Shown here: positions 25,819 to 35,129 of the stretch, piece after piece
Layout: the number at the start of each line of letters is the position of its first letter
How positions within the stretch are numbered: position 1 is the first letter of the stretch
Source of the DNA: a virus
Taxonomy: Duplodnaviria > Caudoviricetes
Strand: one strand, 5' to 3'
Length of the DNA stretch: 52,215 nucleotides
Virus record (IMG/VR): IMGVR_UViG_3300027987_000273
Span: 1-52,215 of that record
The notes under the pieces: model-generated
Databases searched by the model: none
What the model saw: the letters and a program-made list of their open reading frames with translations, nothing else
Told to the model about the DNA's origin: nothing
Position numbers and translations under genes: made by a program

Positions 25819-26340
25819 TCACACCAGCCCCGTACAGGGGGAGGGCGCCGCCGACGGTGGCCGGTCGTACCGGGCGAACCCGAGGAACTTCGGCTCTTTT
25901 TCTACGTCGTGAGATAGCTGTCGCACCTTGTCGGCCTTTCCGATGTTGCCCTCGATGGTGTGGACCAGGTCGCCGTCCCACTGGACGACGAGCCCGATAT
26001 GTCTCCACCACCAGGTCTTCGGGTCCAGAGGCTTACTCCGATCCCAGAGGGCTACGTCCCCAGGTAGGACGACCGACGGGTCCTTCCCGAGGAACTGACC
26101 GTGTTTCCCCATGCGCCGGAACAGCTTCCGGGCGCCACCGGTGCGCAGCGTCCACTCCACGCCGAAGCTATGGGCCGCCTCCTCGTAGGCGAACGAGACA
26201 AAATGCGCGCACCAGCTCGCGCCCTGGGGGGCGCCGATGAGCTCGATAAAGGGTCCGCGATTGTTGCCAGCGGACGCGAGTCCACCATCGCCCTCGTATC
26301 CCAGGGCGATGTCGACAGCGCGCGGACCCAGGGCTACCAC
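25819..26340 (-). CDS. Endolysin, CHAP domain
   Basis: NNRGP, WCAHFV, PGDV, HIGLV, TIEGN. Confidence 0.85.
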   Translation of the reverse strand: MVALGPRAVDIALGYEGDGGLASAGNNRGPFIELIGAPQGASWCAHFVSFAYEEAAHSFGVEWTLRTGGARKLFRRMGKHGQFLGKDPSVVLPGDVALWDRSKPLDPKTWWWRHIGLVVQWDGDLVHTIEGNIGKADKVRQLSHDVEKEPKFLGFARYDRPPSAAPSPCTGLV

Positions 26341-26347
26341 GAGGAGA

Positions 26348-26908
26348 TCACTCCTCCTGGAGGTCGCTGGGGAACAGTAGCTTCTTGAACACGAGGAACA
26401 CGCCCCCCGCCTCGAAGGCCACCGTCACACCACCGGCCACCAGCTTCGCGCTGAGGGGTGAGCTCGAGAACAGCGCAGTCACCAGCCCGCCCGCGGTAGC
26501 GAGCAGCAGGAGCAGCGTCGCGCCTCCTCTGTCCGATGCCCAGAAGCCTGTCGCCTTCGACTTGCGGAACCAGTTCACGCCGAACATGACCAGCAGGAGA
26601 ACGCCCGCCGCTGCATGGCGCCAGTTCCCTGTCGTGATGTCCTGGATGAGCTTTCCGCCGACGCCCAGGGGGTCGATGGTCTCCGCGTTCGGGGGAGTGC
26701 CCAGATCGGGCTCTGTCGCTGTATCAGCGACAGGAACCGCGACAGCATCGCCAGCGCTTTCCGTGGGCTGATTTTCGCCGTCTGGCGACCCCGCGTCGCG
26801 AGCTTCCTCCTGGGCCGCGTAGGCGACGCCGTCGCCTTCAATAGGCCAAAGATCAGCGGGGGTAGCGAGAGCGGACAATAACAGCAGAGCTGGGAATAGG
26901 TGCTTCAT
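26348..26908 (-). CDS. Holin-like membrane protein with N-terminal signal-like peptide
   Basis: MKHLFPALLLLSALA, acidic linker, three TM segments; in the lysis cassette. Confidence 0.6.
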   Translation of the reverse strand: MKHLFPALLLLSALATPADLWPIEGDGVAYAAQEEARDAGSPDGENQPTESAGDAVAVPVADTATEPDLGTPPNAETIDPLGVGGKLIQDITTGNWRHAAAGVLLLVMFGVNWFRKSKATGFWASDRGGATLLLLLATAGGLVTALFSSSPLSAKLVAGGVTVAFEAGGVFLVFKKLLFPSDLQEE

Positions 26909-27176
26909 GGTCTTCCTCCGTGGTCTCGAGCTTACACCGGGTCTCGGCGTCACGCGCCCAGCGCTGCAACGATTCGAGATACCGGTTCAATTTTGCCGTA
27001 TTAGTGGAATCCAGGCAGACCTCCCACTCGCAGTCCTGGAACTCAATCCAGGCGGGTGGGTTCGGCACTGGGCCGACCGTGTCCAGACAACCGACCTGGA
27101 CCCGCTCAACCTTCAAGAGCTGTCGTTTTGGACAGCAGGCGCTCGAGGCGAGCCCGACGAGCCCCAGGGCTAGCAC
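26853..27176 (-). CDS. Outer-membrane spanin lipoprotein (Rz1-like)
   Basis: VLALGLVGLASSAC lipobox, Pro-rich segment; overlaps the 3' end of the i-spanin; start approximate. Confidence 0.7.
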   Translation of the reverse strand: MLALGLVGLASSACCPKRQLLKVERVQVGCLDTVGPVPNPPAWIEFQDCEWEVCLDSTNTAKLNRYLESLQRWARDAETRCKLETTEEDHEAPIPSSAVIVRSRYPR

Positions 27177-27408
27177 AGTCGCCCAGGTCGTCCTCGAGCG
27201 ACTCGATGTCGGCCTTGAGGTCTGAGATCTGCTTCCGGGTTCGCTTCTTGTAGGCGATGAATTCACGGGATGTCTCCTGGAGCTGCTTCTCGGCGTTGTG
27301 GCGTGCACAGTCGGCCTCGTGGGCATCTTCCCGAGCCCGGTGCCAGAGGATGGCCACGACGATGGTACAGAGCCCGGACAGCGCCGTCGCGATGGCCAGA
27401 AACATCAC
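27106..27408 (-). CDS. Inner-membrane spanin (Rz-like)
   Basis: N-terminal TM followed by coiled coil. Confidence 0.7.
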   Translation of the reverse strand: MMFLAIATALSGLCTIVVAILWHRAREDAHEADCARHNAEKQLQETSREFIAYKKRTRKQISDLKADIESLEDDLGDCASPGARRARLERLLSKTTALEG

Positions 27409-27806
27409 TGGAAGTTCACCGGCGCCTTGACGATGAAGTCGCTCGGCGGGATGGCGTGGTAGCGCTGGCCGCTGGTGAGGGTCACCACCACGTCGTAGCG
27501 GAAGACCCCGACGTTGTCGGGTGCTACCGGCCAGTCCGGGTTCGTCGCCGTGGTGTCGCCAGAGTCGATGGTGATGTCCGCTACGCCCAGGTCATCGCCC
27601 GCCTGGACCCGTTTCACGATGCCCCCCAGGAGGTCCTTGTGGATGAACGCGGGGTCGGCGTCGCCGTCGGCCTTCTTGACCTCGAACTCGATGGCTGTCA
27701 CGTCGGTGTCCAGGTCCAGGGGGAGCCCTGTGGATTGCGAGATGAACTTCACCGCGAGGACCTTCGTGTTGCCCTGGAAAACGGTTGTAGGTTGTTCACA
27801 CGACAT
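27405..27806 (-). CDS. BppU-like beta-sandwich virion protein
   Basis: QG.T..L........PLDL...FEVK...G.A.I.I...DT...G.FRYDV. Confidence 0.6.
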   Translation of the reverse strand: MSCEQPTTVFQGNTKVLAVKFISQSTGLPLDLDTDVTAIEFEVKKADGDADPAFIHKDLLGGIVKRVQAGDDLGVADITIDSGDTTATNPDWPVAPDNVGVFRYDVVVTLTSGQRYHAIPPSDFIVKAPVNFQ

Positions 27807-27808
27807 AG

Positions 27809-28261
27809 TCAGCAGTCCTCCACAAGGGCGTCGACGCCCACCGGCGAGTCTTCCACGAACCCAGACACGCTGTCGTCCGCTACGAGGGCCGAAATGGCCT
27901 GAGGCGCACTGATGACGCCGTCCACCGCGAGGTCGTTCAGGACGCCGGAGACGCCCTGGGCGACGTCCTGGATCTGCCCCACCAGGCCCTCGATCACGAT
28001 GGTGGTGTCCTCGATGGCCGGGTCCCGGTAGAACGCCTGGAGGGTGTCCGAGCCCCAGGGCCCCGACCTGGGCACACAGTCGGGGTCGGTGATGTCGAAG
28101 TCGCCCGCCCCCGGGTCGGTCTCCGAGAACGACGAGAACGGAATCAGCTGGCCGTTCAGGTACACGGCCAGGGTCCCAGGGGCATAGGGGACCGAGGTCG
28201 TGAAGGTCGTGTTCACGCCGTCGATCGTCCCTGTGGGCACCTCGAACCGGTAGAAGCTCAT
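27809..28261 (-). CDS. Putative virion/fibre protein
   Basis: GTIDGVNTTF...GTLAVYLNG module. Confidence 0.65.
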   Translation of the reverse strand: MSFYRFEVPTGTIDGVNTTFTTSVPYAPGTLAVYLNGQLIPFSSFSETDPGAGDFDITDPDCVPRSGPWGSDTLQAFYRDPAIEDTTIVIEGLVGQIQDVAQGVSGVLNDLAVDGVISAPQAISALVADDSVSGFVEDSPVGVDALVEDC

Positions 28262-28473
28262 ACGATGGTCACATAGTACACGGACACGCGCCCCGGAGCC
28301 TTCGGGGGCGCCTGGAGCCGGAACAGCTTCCCACCGAGCTCGGTGGTCCCGAGCTGGGCGATCCCGTTGATGTAGGCCACGACGGTCCCGGCGCTGTAGT
28401 CCTGGGTGGTCTGGAAGGTGTCATTCACGCCGTCGACGACCCCGACCGCCTCCTCCTTGCGGACCTTCGCCAA
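28258..28473 (-). CDS. Small putative virion protein, paralog of the preceding module
   Basis: GVVDGVNDTF...GTVVAYING; TTG start. Confidence 0.6.
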   Translation of the reverse strand: MAKVRKEEAVGVVDGVNDTFQTTQDYSAGTVVAYINGIAQLGTTELGGKLFRLQAPPKAPGRVSVYYVTIV

Positions 28474-28674
28474 TCACCACCACCAGTGCCCCGACAGGAG
28501 CCCGAAGATGTAGCAGATGACCATGATCAGGGGCATGTATTTCTTACCCCACTTACGGAGGACCTCGGAGTAGGTGTCGCCCTTCCGCCGGTTCAGGGCC
28601 AGGCCCAGGTCGATGATCAGGTAGACCAGGGGGAGCCCCAGCATCGCCAGCATAACCCACTCCATGTGGCTCAC
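28474..28674 (-). CDS. Two-TM holin-like protein
   Basis: Two hydrophobic helices, GDTYSE loop, GHWWW end. Confidence 0.6.
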   Translation of the reverse strand: MSHMEWVMLAMLGLPLVYLIIDLGLALNRRKGDTYSEVLRKWGKKYMPLIMVICYIFGLLSGHWWW

Positions 28675-29504
28675 GTGGTCACCGCCCGCGCGAGATTCAG
28701 GTACCAGGCGCACTGGAGGAGGGCGTTCCCGCTGTCGCTGGAGACCTTCGTCCACCAGGTCCACCGGGGATAGATCTTCCGGTCGACGGAGTTCGGGTCG
28801 ATGTAATGTTCGCCCTCGCCCAGCATAGGGGCGCCGCGGACCCAGTGGACCAGGGTGGTCTCGTTCTCGAGGATATGCCAGCCCGCCGCCCCAGGTGCGC
28901 CAGCCGTGACAGTGCCCAGCCCCGTGTCCGCGTCGGCATAGTCCCAGTAGCCGTCCTTATTGGGCGCAGGGACGATCGAGCAGGTCGCCAGGTCGATGTC
29001 GTGGGAGCCGTCTCCAGCGGCTGGGACGACGACGCCGCTCACGACGTTGCAGTTCCCGGCGCCTGGGTTCGGCGTAAGGGTCGGAGCCTTCGCGGAGAGC
29101 CACATGTCGATCCGGTCGCCGATGGTCGCCCCCTTCCACATGAGACCGCCTGCGGCGATGCGAACAGTGTCCAGGAACCCGAACTCGATGGTCTGCGGGG
29201 TCAGTGCCCCGTCGACCTCGAAAGCTGGCCCCTGGCCCCTCAGCTGGTTCGCCAGGTCGTCGCCGACTCCACAGATGTAGGGGTCGATCCCCCTCTCGAA
29301 CTTCGACGGGGTCACGATGGGGCGCCCGTCGGACAGGGTCGGCGCCGCGTCGCCAGCGCGCTCGACGATGGAGGTCAGCGCCGTGTCGATGGTGTGTGCG
29401 CCGTTCGAGGGACACAAGGTCGGGACCGTGTCCTCAGGGAGCCACACGAACTCCCAGACGTTGTCCGTGGTACAGCGGACGCGATACTTCGCGATTATGG
29501 TCAT
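28671..29504 (-). CDS. Putative virion protein
   Basis: 277 aa, beta-rich; in the tail accessory block. Confidence 0.7.
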   Translation of the reverse strand: MTIIAKYRVRCTTDNVWEFVWLPEDTVPTLCPSNGAHTIDTALTSIVERAGDAAPTLSDGRPIVTPSKFERGIDPYICGVGDDLANQLRGQGPAFEVDGALTPQTIEFGFLDTVRIAAGGLMWKGATIGDRIDMWLSAKAPTLTPNPGAGNCNVVSGVVVPAAGDGSHDIDLATCSIVPAPNKDGYWDYADADTGLGTVTAGAPGAAGWHILENETTLVHWVRGAPMLGEGEHYIDPNSVDRKIYPRWTWWTKVSSDSGNALLQCAWYLNLARAVTT

Positions 29505-30253
29505 GATGAGCTCCTTAGTGCCATCGCCGTGACGTGGACGGTCACCGGTGGCCCCGAGGGGCGCTTCGTCTGAAGCTCCCAGATCGCAGCGCCGGTGGGA
29601 ACGTTGCTGATTGTGCCCAGGTTCTGGATGGTCGGGACCTCGTCCGTGATCCCGGTCAGCTCGGCGATGACCAGGCTGTTCGTCACGTCGAAGATTCGGA
29701 CGTCCTGGGGCTTGCCCGCGTCCTCGGTCCAGGCGATGACCTGGATCAGGTCCGGGGTCCCCCAGTCGTCGGAGCCCCCGTAGACGAACTCCTGGAGAGC
29801 CTCGTAGGTGGCTGACGAGCTGGTATCCGTAGCCGGTGGGAACTGCATGATATCAGCGACCGAGCTGGTCCCGACGGGCTGGGCCTCCCACTGGCCTGTC
29901 CCCGCGTTATAGCGGAGGCCGTCGCCATCGTTCGGAGAGATGGCCGCGTCGACCAGGCCGCCGCGAATCTTCGCGACCGTCGGCGAGGGGTACGAGCCCG
30001 CCAGGTCGCCGCTCGCGGCACCATTCGGAGGCCTCGAGCTCGAGGAGTCGTCCAGCGTTGCGTCGGAGACCTTCGTGTTCAGCTGGGCCAGGGTCCCGGC
30101 GCGCATCGTGGCGACAGCTGGCGCCATGTCGAAGACCCCGACGCTGTCCTGGCCTTTGATGACCCCGCCATTCAGGCGAATCTGTCCGACCGCCGCCGGT
30201 GCGTCGTCTTCCTCGAGCTCGATGTTGCCCTGAATGGGGTCCTTGGTTCCCAA
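29501..30253 (-). CDS. Putative tail fibre-associated protein
   Basis: GDLAGSYPSPTV and GDGLRYN...W fibre-type motifs. Confidence 0.65.
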   Translation of the reverse strand: MGTKDPIQGNIELEEDDAPAAVGQIRLNGGVIKGQDSVGVFDMAPAVATMRAGTLAQLNTKVSDATLDDSSSSRPPNGAASGDLAGSYPSPTVAKIRGGLVDAAISPNDGDGLRYNAGTGQWEAQPVGTSSVADIMQFPPATDTSSSATYEALQEFVYGGSDDWGTPDLIQVIAWTEDAGKPQDVRIFDVTNSLVIAELTGITDEVPTIQNLGTISNVPTGAAIWELQTKRPSGPPVTVHVTAMALRSSS

Positions 30254-30775
30254 CTAGGTCGCCTTCCGCTCTGCTGTCTTCTTCTTCCTGGGCGCCGCCT
30301 TCTTCTTCTTGAGGGCGTTTTTCTTCTGGGGCGACTTCCTGGGCGCCGCCTTCCGCTCCTCCTCCAGGCGCGCCTCCTGCTCCTCTCGCTGGCGGATGAT
30401 GCCCCGGTGGACCGCCGCCCCTGCGGAGAGTCGCTTCGCCTCGGCCTTATAGACCCGGACCTCCGCCTCCTTGTCGAGGGCGTCCTTCGCCACGTCCCGG
30501 GCCAGGGCCGTGATGTCGTTCAGGACCAGGATCATGGCCTTCGCTGCGCATTTCTTGCCCGCCAGCTTCTCCTCGTCGTTGAGCTCGGAGCCGTCGATCT
30601 CCTCCTGGATGGCCGTGGACAGCGGAGTGAACCGCTGGCGGAGTCGCTCGAGGATTTCGCGCTTCGCAAGGAGCCGCCCGGTCTCGGCTTCGCAGGCAGC
30701 AGCGCGCGAGAGCTGTTCTGCTGCCTGCTCGTCGAGGGTCCGGGCGACTATCTCCTGGGTCTGGCTGGGGTTCAT
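30254..30775 (-). CDS. Coiled-coil protein with Lys-rich tail
   Basis: TAGGCT-N6-ATG; AAPRKK repeats. Confidence 0.7.
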   Translation of the reverse strand: MNPSQTQEIVARTLDEQAAEQLSRAAACEAETGRLLAKREILERLRQRFTPLSTAIQEEIDGSELNDEEKLAGKKCAAKAMILVLNDITALARDVAKDALDKEAEVRVYKAEAKRLSAGAAVHRGIIRQREEQEARLEEERKAAPRKSPQKKNALKKKKAAPRKKKTAERKAT

Positions 30776-30793
30776 GGCCCGAGCCTATCGGCT

Positions 30794-32362
30794 TTATGCG
30801 ATGTAGTCGACCACCGCGAGGATGTCGCCTGTTTTGAGCTTCCGGTTGAACCGGAGCTGGCCGTTCGCCAGCGAGGTCCCCGGATACACGTCGCCGGTGC
30901 CCGCGTCGGCCGCGTCCAGCTTCAGGTATTGGCCGTTATGGTAGACGTCGTAATCGTCGACGAACGTGCCACCGGACAGGTCGCCCAGGTTCGTGTCCAG
31001 GTTGTTGTCGTTGGCCGGGCCAGACACGTCGACGTCCTCGGCCAGGTCGGCCGTGACGATGGCGAACACGCGCCGACGGTGCGCCGCGTTGTAGGCCTGG
31101 ACCAGGGCGTTGAACAGCGAGACCTCGCCCCCGAACGTGGTCTCGTAGGCCGCGACCTCCGCCGTCGTCTCGGACACCTTGACTCCGGGGCCGGTCCACG
31201 TGCCCTCGTTGATCATGTTGGAGTCTTCGAGGATGAGCTCTCCGGCGCCGGTCGCGGACACGCGCAGGTCTGATGCCCGCTGGATGACCCCTGCGGTCGT
31301 GGCGCCGATGTCGATGCCAGTGGAGCCGCTGTCGACGGTGATACCGTTCAGGAAGTCGACCACCACCGCGTCGATGTCGAACTCGTCGACGTCTGCGGCG
31401 ATGTTCACCTGGCTGGTGCCGCCTGCGGAGCCCTCCACGATGGAGAACAGGGTGGCCTCGAGGTCGTCGCGGATGGCCCACACGAGACCCGCGCCCTCGA
31501 GGTCGAGGGTCGCGTTCGTGAGGAGGTCGACCGGGGTGGTCCCCTGATTGTCGTAGCCCACCTGACGGGTCACGACGGACCCGGCGGGGAGGTCGACGAT
31601 GGCGCCGGTCAGGAAGTCGAACTCGGACAGGTCCTCGAGACGGACGCGCTCGCGAGTACAGTAGTTGATCACTGCGTTCTCGATGTCGGCAACCGGAACC
31701 GCCTCGAGGTCGTCGCCGGTGGCCGTGAGGCGCACGAACGAGATCTGGACCCGCGTGGTGGTCGTGTCGGTGATGGTGCCGCCGTCGACCAGGCCGCTCT
31801 CGCCCTGAAGGAGACCGTAGACCTGGCGCCCGCCCGAGAGAATCGGGTCTCGGGATGCGCCGTCGACGATCAGCATCAGGTTAAGGGGGGAGATGGCGTT
31901 CGGTCCCGACACCTCGGAGAGGGCGTGGGTCCCGAAGGTGCCGCCGTGGGCCGCGACGACCGTGCCCAGGGTCGTGACAGCGCCGACCGCCGCCGTGGTC
32001 TGGGTGGGGAGCTCGCCCGTGCCCAGGATGACGAAGTTGTTCCCAGCGCCGACGGTAACGTCCACGAGACTGTGAACGTCGCGGAGAACGCGCTTCTTTT
32101 CGACCGCGTGGAGCGCGGTGTTCAGGTCGTTCACGCCGCGCTGGATGCCCGTCTCGAGCGTCGACGGGACGATCAGGTCATCGAACCAGGAGCCCGCCTG
32201 GTCCTGAAGAAGGTTGTTCAGCTGAGACCTGATGTTGTTCAGGTCATCGAGCAGCGAGACGGGGTTCGTCTCGAAGTTCGCCTCCGACGGGGCGACGTTG
32301 TCGAGGATGTCGGCGACGAGCGATCGGCGAATTTGCGTTTCTTGCTGGAGCAGCGAACCCAT
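30794..32362 (-). CDS. Acidic virion structural protein (fibre/whisker-like)
   Basis: 522 aa, G/T/D-rich; GGAGG SD. Confidence 0.75.
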   Translation of the reverse strand: MGSLLQQETQIRRSLVADILDNVAPSEANFETNPVSLLDDLNNIRSQLNNLLQDQAGSWFDDLIVPSTLETGIQRGVNDLNTALHAVEKKRVLRDVHSLVDVTVGAGNNFVILGTGELPTQTTAAVGAVTTLGTVVAAHGGTFGTHALSEVSGPNAISPLNLMLIVDGASRDPILSGGRQVYGLLQGESGLVDGGTITDTTTTRVQISFVRLTATGDDLEAVPVADIENAVINYCTRERVRLEDLSEFDFLTGAIVDLPAGSVVTRQVGYDNQGTTPVDLLTNATLDLEGAGLVWAIRDDLEATLFSIVEGSAGGTSQVNIAADVDEFDIDAVVVDFLNGITVDSGSTGIDIGATTAGVIQRASDLRVSATGAGELILEDSNMINEGTWTGPGVKVSETTAEVAAYETTFGGEVSLFNALVQAYNAAHRRRVFAIVTADLAEDVDVSGPANDNNLDTNLGDLSGGTFVDDYDVYHNGQYLKLDAADAGTGDVYPGTSLANGQLRFNRKLKTGDILAVVDYIA

Positions 32363-32435
32363 GAGAGCAGTCCTCCCCCTTCAGAGGTCAGTTCCTCCAG
32401 TGCCCTGACGGGGTCACTGTAGCATCGAACAGCCC

Positions 32436-32942
32436 TCAGCGACGAGAACGGTCGCGCAATTTTCTCCGAGCTTCTCGGAGCTCCTCCTTGAGGTCGTCGA
32501 CCTGCTCCTTCTTGAGCTGCTCGATGCCCTGGGCAATCTTCCGCTGCTGGGCCTCGACCGTGTCGACCTGCTGGCGAATCTGTCGCACCTCCTTGACCGC
32601 CGCGGTGTGCATAGGTAGGGATTCGTGGACCTCGAGCTCGTGGGCGTGTTCCTTCATCGTGTCGTGGACGACCAGGGCCCACGACCCGAGGGCCGCCAGA
32701 CAGCCCAGGACGCCCCAGAACAGGAGTTTTGTCCAGGCGCCGCCGTCCAGGCCGAGGAATGTCTTCGGCGGTTCTCCGCCGCCTCCGCCGCTCTGCTTGG
32801 GTGCCCTGCGGGCCAGCTCGAACGCCAGCTTGTCCAGGAACTCGTCCGGGGAGACGTCAGCGCCGTTCTGGGCGACCGCGTGGAGCTCGATGACAGCCCC
32901 CTCGGTCGTGACCCGCTTCGGCCTGGCGTGGACCTCGGACAT
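32436..32942 (-). CDS. Single-TM coiled-coil protein
   Basis: TAAACT-N6-ATG; TM followed by coiled coil. Confidence 0.65.
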   Translation of the reverse strand: MSEVHARPKRVTTEGAVIELHAVAQNGADVSPDEFLDKLAFELARRAPKQSGGGGGEPPKTFLGLDGGAWTKLLFWGVLGCLAALGSWALVVHDTMKEHAHELEVHESLPMHTAAVKEVRQIRQQVDTVEAQQRKIAQGIEQLKKEQVDDLKEELREARRKLRDRSRR

Positions 32943-32951
32943 GGCTCCAGT

Positions 32952-34211
32952 TTACACGCCGCCCCACCAGGCCAGCCAGGTCGCGAAGATGGTGGAAGGC
33001 CCCCCCGCCGTCGCAGACGTGAATTGCGCTTGCAGGACCGCGGGATAACCGTATTGATCTGGGGAGGAGGTGCTTCCGGTGGCTCTCATTGCCGGCGACC
33101 GGAGACCGTTCGCCCAGATTGGGGGGAAGATTCGGCTCGCGAGAGGGGGATCGCCGTTCTGACCCAGCCCAGGGTCGTCGTCTTCGACCAGGGCTGTCGT
33201 GTTACCGATGATAGACGACAGATCGACTAGGTGGGTGTTGTCGTCGGCGCGATTGAACAGCTGCCACGAGTTGAGGGCGAGGATTTGCCCCGTTGGGGCT
33301 CCGGTGGCCTCTAGCCGGAACCAGGCGAGACGTCGATGGTCCTCGTGCGCGAACTGATCGGGCGCTCCGAAATGGAAGTTTACATGTCCGATGTGCATGG
33401 GGAAACACGCCGCCTGGCGACTCACTCCGGCATCCGTCAGGCGCCAGTTCGTCGCGTCGATGGTCCAGTCTCCGTCCTGGTAAAGCCAGTCCTTCGCCGT
33501 CACCTGTGCCCACTGGTACCCCCAGCCCTTCCGCCAATCCCAGACATCTCGCTGGAGGAGCGCTGTCGAGGTCGGTGGAATTTGGACCGAGCAGAGCTTG
33601 AACCAGCCCGCGTCCGGTGTGGGCTCGTTTGTCACGTCGTCGGCGTCGTTCGCTGTCGCCAGGAGCGCGCTCTGCTTGACCTGGAGCTCGAGCTCGAGAT
33701 TCGAGCGCTTCAGAAGGTTCTGAGACGACAGGGCGCCGGTCACCGCGTCCTTGAAGTCCCGGGGAACGGTCGCTTCGTCGACAGACACGAGACGCGCCTG
33801 GACCATGTCTCGCCGGTATTGCGTCGCGTCCGCCGCCGCGAAGTCCACCGACTGCCCGGGGACGAACGTCACGTGGTGTTCAGGCACCAGTGAGGCGTCG
33901 GACAGGAGCGTCGAGTTGTTGCGCTGGAAGACCACTCCGGCGTCGAATTTGATGTTCAGCGTCGGATTGTTCGTGTCGTCGACCCTGGCGCAGAGGGCGT
34001 TCTTCAGGCACCGGAAGGACGCCGTCGCAGCGCTCCCCAGGGGTGCGGTACCGGTCGAATGGCGAATAGGGACGTCGTTCGGAGCGGCCAGGTGCGAGAC
34101 GATCTCGTCGAACGTGAAGCGACGGAGGAAGTCTTGGAGCCCCTCGATGTCCGTGTCGACGAGTCCTTCGCCGTCGTTGAATCTGTATCTGCTGCTGTGG
34201 CCCGCCATCAT
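32952..34211 (-). CDS. Putative tail fibre/baseplate-attached protein
   Basis: Follows the wedge genes; ADAT.YRRD.V...P.PDAGW.KL N-terminal pattern. Confidence 0.65.
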   Translation of the reverse strand: MMAGHSSRYRFNDGEGLVDTDIEGLQDFLRRFTFDEIVSHLAAPNDVPIRHSTGTAPLGSAATASFRCLKNALCARVDDTNNPTLNIKFDAGVVFQRNNSTLLSDASLVPEHHVTFVPGQSVDFAAADATQYRRDMVQARLVSVDEATVPRDFKDAVTGALSSQNLLKRSNLELELQVKQSALLATANDADDVTNEPTPDAGWFKLCSVQIPPTSTALLQRDVWDWRKGWGYQWAQVTAKDWLYQDGDWTIDATNWRLTDAGVSRQAACFPMHIGHVNFHFGAPDQFAHEDHRRLAWFRLEATGAPTGQILALNSWQLFNRADDNTHLVDLSSIIGNTTALVEDDDPGLGQNGDPPLASRIFPPIWANGLRSPAMRATGSTSSPDQYGYPAVLQAQFTSATAGGPSTIFATWLAWWGGV

Positions 34212-34217
34212 GTCTCC

Positions 34218-35126
34218 TTATGGGTTCAGTCGGCACTCGATGATCCCGAGGACCCCTGCGCCCTTCTTCTGGCGCAGCATCTCACGGACTGAGGCCTCTG
34301 TTCCTGGGGTGCAACCGAAAGGCAGGATCAGGATCAGCTTGCTGGGCCTACTGGAGGCCATTCGGTCGCCCCGGTTGAAGTAGCTATCCTGGAACCCGTC
34401 GAGGAGGTTCCCGTCCCTGTCGAACTTCTGGACGGTCCAGGTGGCGCCAGCGTCGGCCGCCCCCGACCCGGCCGGGTTCTGGTATTCCACCGCGTCTCCG
34501 ACCATGCCCGTGATGGGGAATGTCCCGTCGTTGTTCGCGTCCGCGGCGCCCGAGATGACCAGCTTCGTGTCGACGCGCTCCTCGACCGTCGGGGCCTTGA
34601 AGGGCGGGACGACAACGCCACCGGGACCCAGGGCGAAGCCCGCGTCGGGGACGAAGGTCATGTTCCCGTCGACGTCGGGCGCCGTGAACGTGCCCCCGGT
34701 GCCAGTATCGGAGGTCGAGGTCCTGAAGAACGCCCGGTCGCGGGGGAGCTCGACCATGGCCACGGTCCCTGGGATGGCCTCGGCGTCGATGATGGCCTGG
34801 GCTGCGGCGATGATGGTGTCCCTGGTCAGGGCGTCGGGCACGCTGCGAATCCGAGCCCGGAGGGCGACGTCCAGCTCCCCGTCCTGGCGCGAGGTCCCGC
34901 GGTCGACCGCGTGCTGGTTCAGCCAGTCCGGATCGTTCCCGGTCGGACCGACCGCCGTGGTGATCAGGGTGTTCTTGAACCAGTCGTCGTGCTGCTGGAT
35001 GACCCCGTCGGTCATGACCGCGACCGCCGACAGGTACTCCTGGATCCGCTCGTCGCTGGTGAACCATGAGGGGAGCACCGCGCGGGCAAAATTCAGGAGT
35101 CTCGTCTGTTCCGGTGTGAGAGCCAT
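34218..35126 (-). CDS. Baseplate wedge protein (P2 gpI/Mu gp48 position)
   Basis: WLNQHA.DRG..R..GE.D..LRARI; follows the J-like gene. Confidence 0.7.
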   Translation of the reverse strand: MALTPEQTRLLNFARAVLPSWFTSDERIQEYLSAVAVMTDGVIQQHDDWFKNTLITTAVGPTGNDPDWLNQHAVDRGTSRQDGELDVALRARIRSVPDALTRDTIIAAAQAIIDAEAIPGTVAMVELPRDRAFFRTSTSDTGTGGTFTAPDVDGNMTFVPDAGFALGPGGVVVPPFKAPTVEERVDTKLVISGAADANNDGTFPITGMVGDAVEYQNPAGSGAADAGATWTVQKFDRDGNLLDGFQDSYFNRGDRMASSRPSKLILILPFGCTPGTEASVREMLRQKKGAGVLGIIECRLNP

Positions 35127-35129
35127 GGT

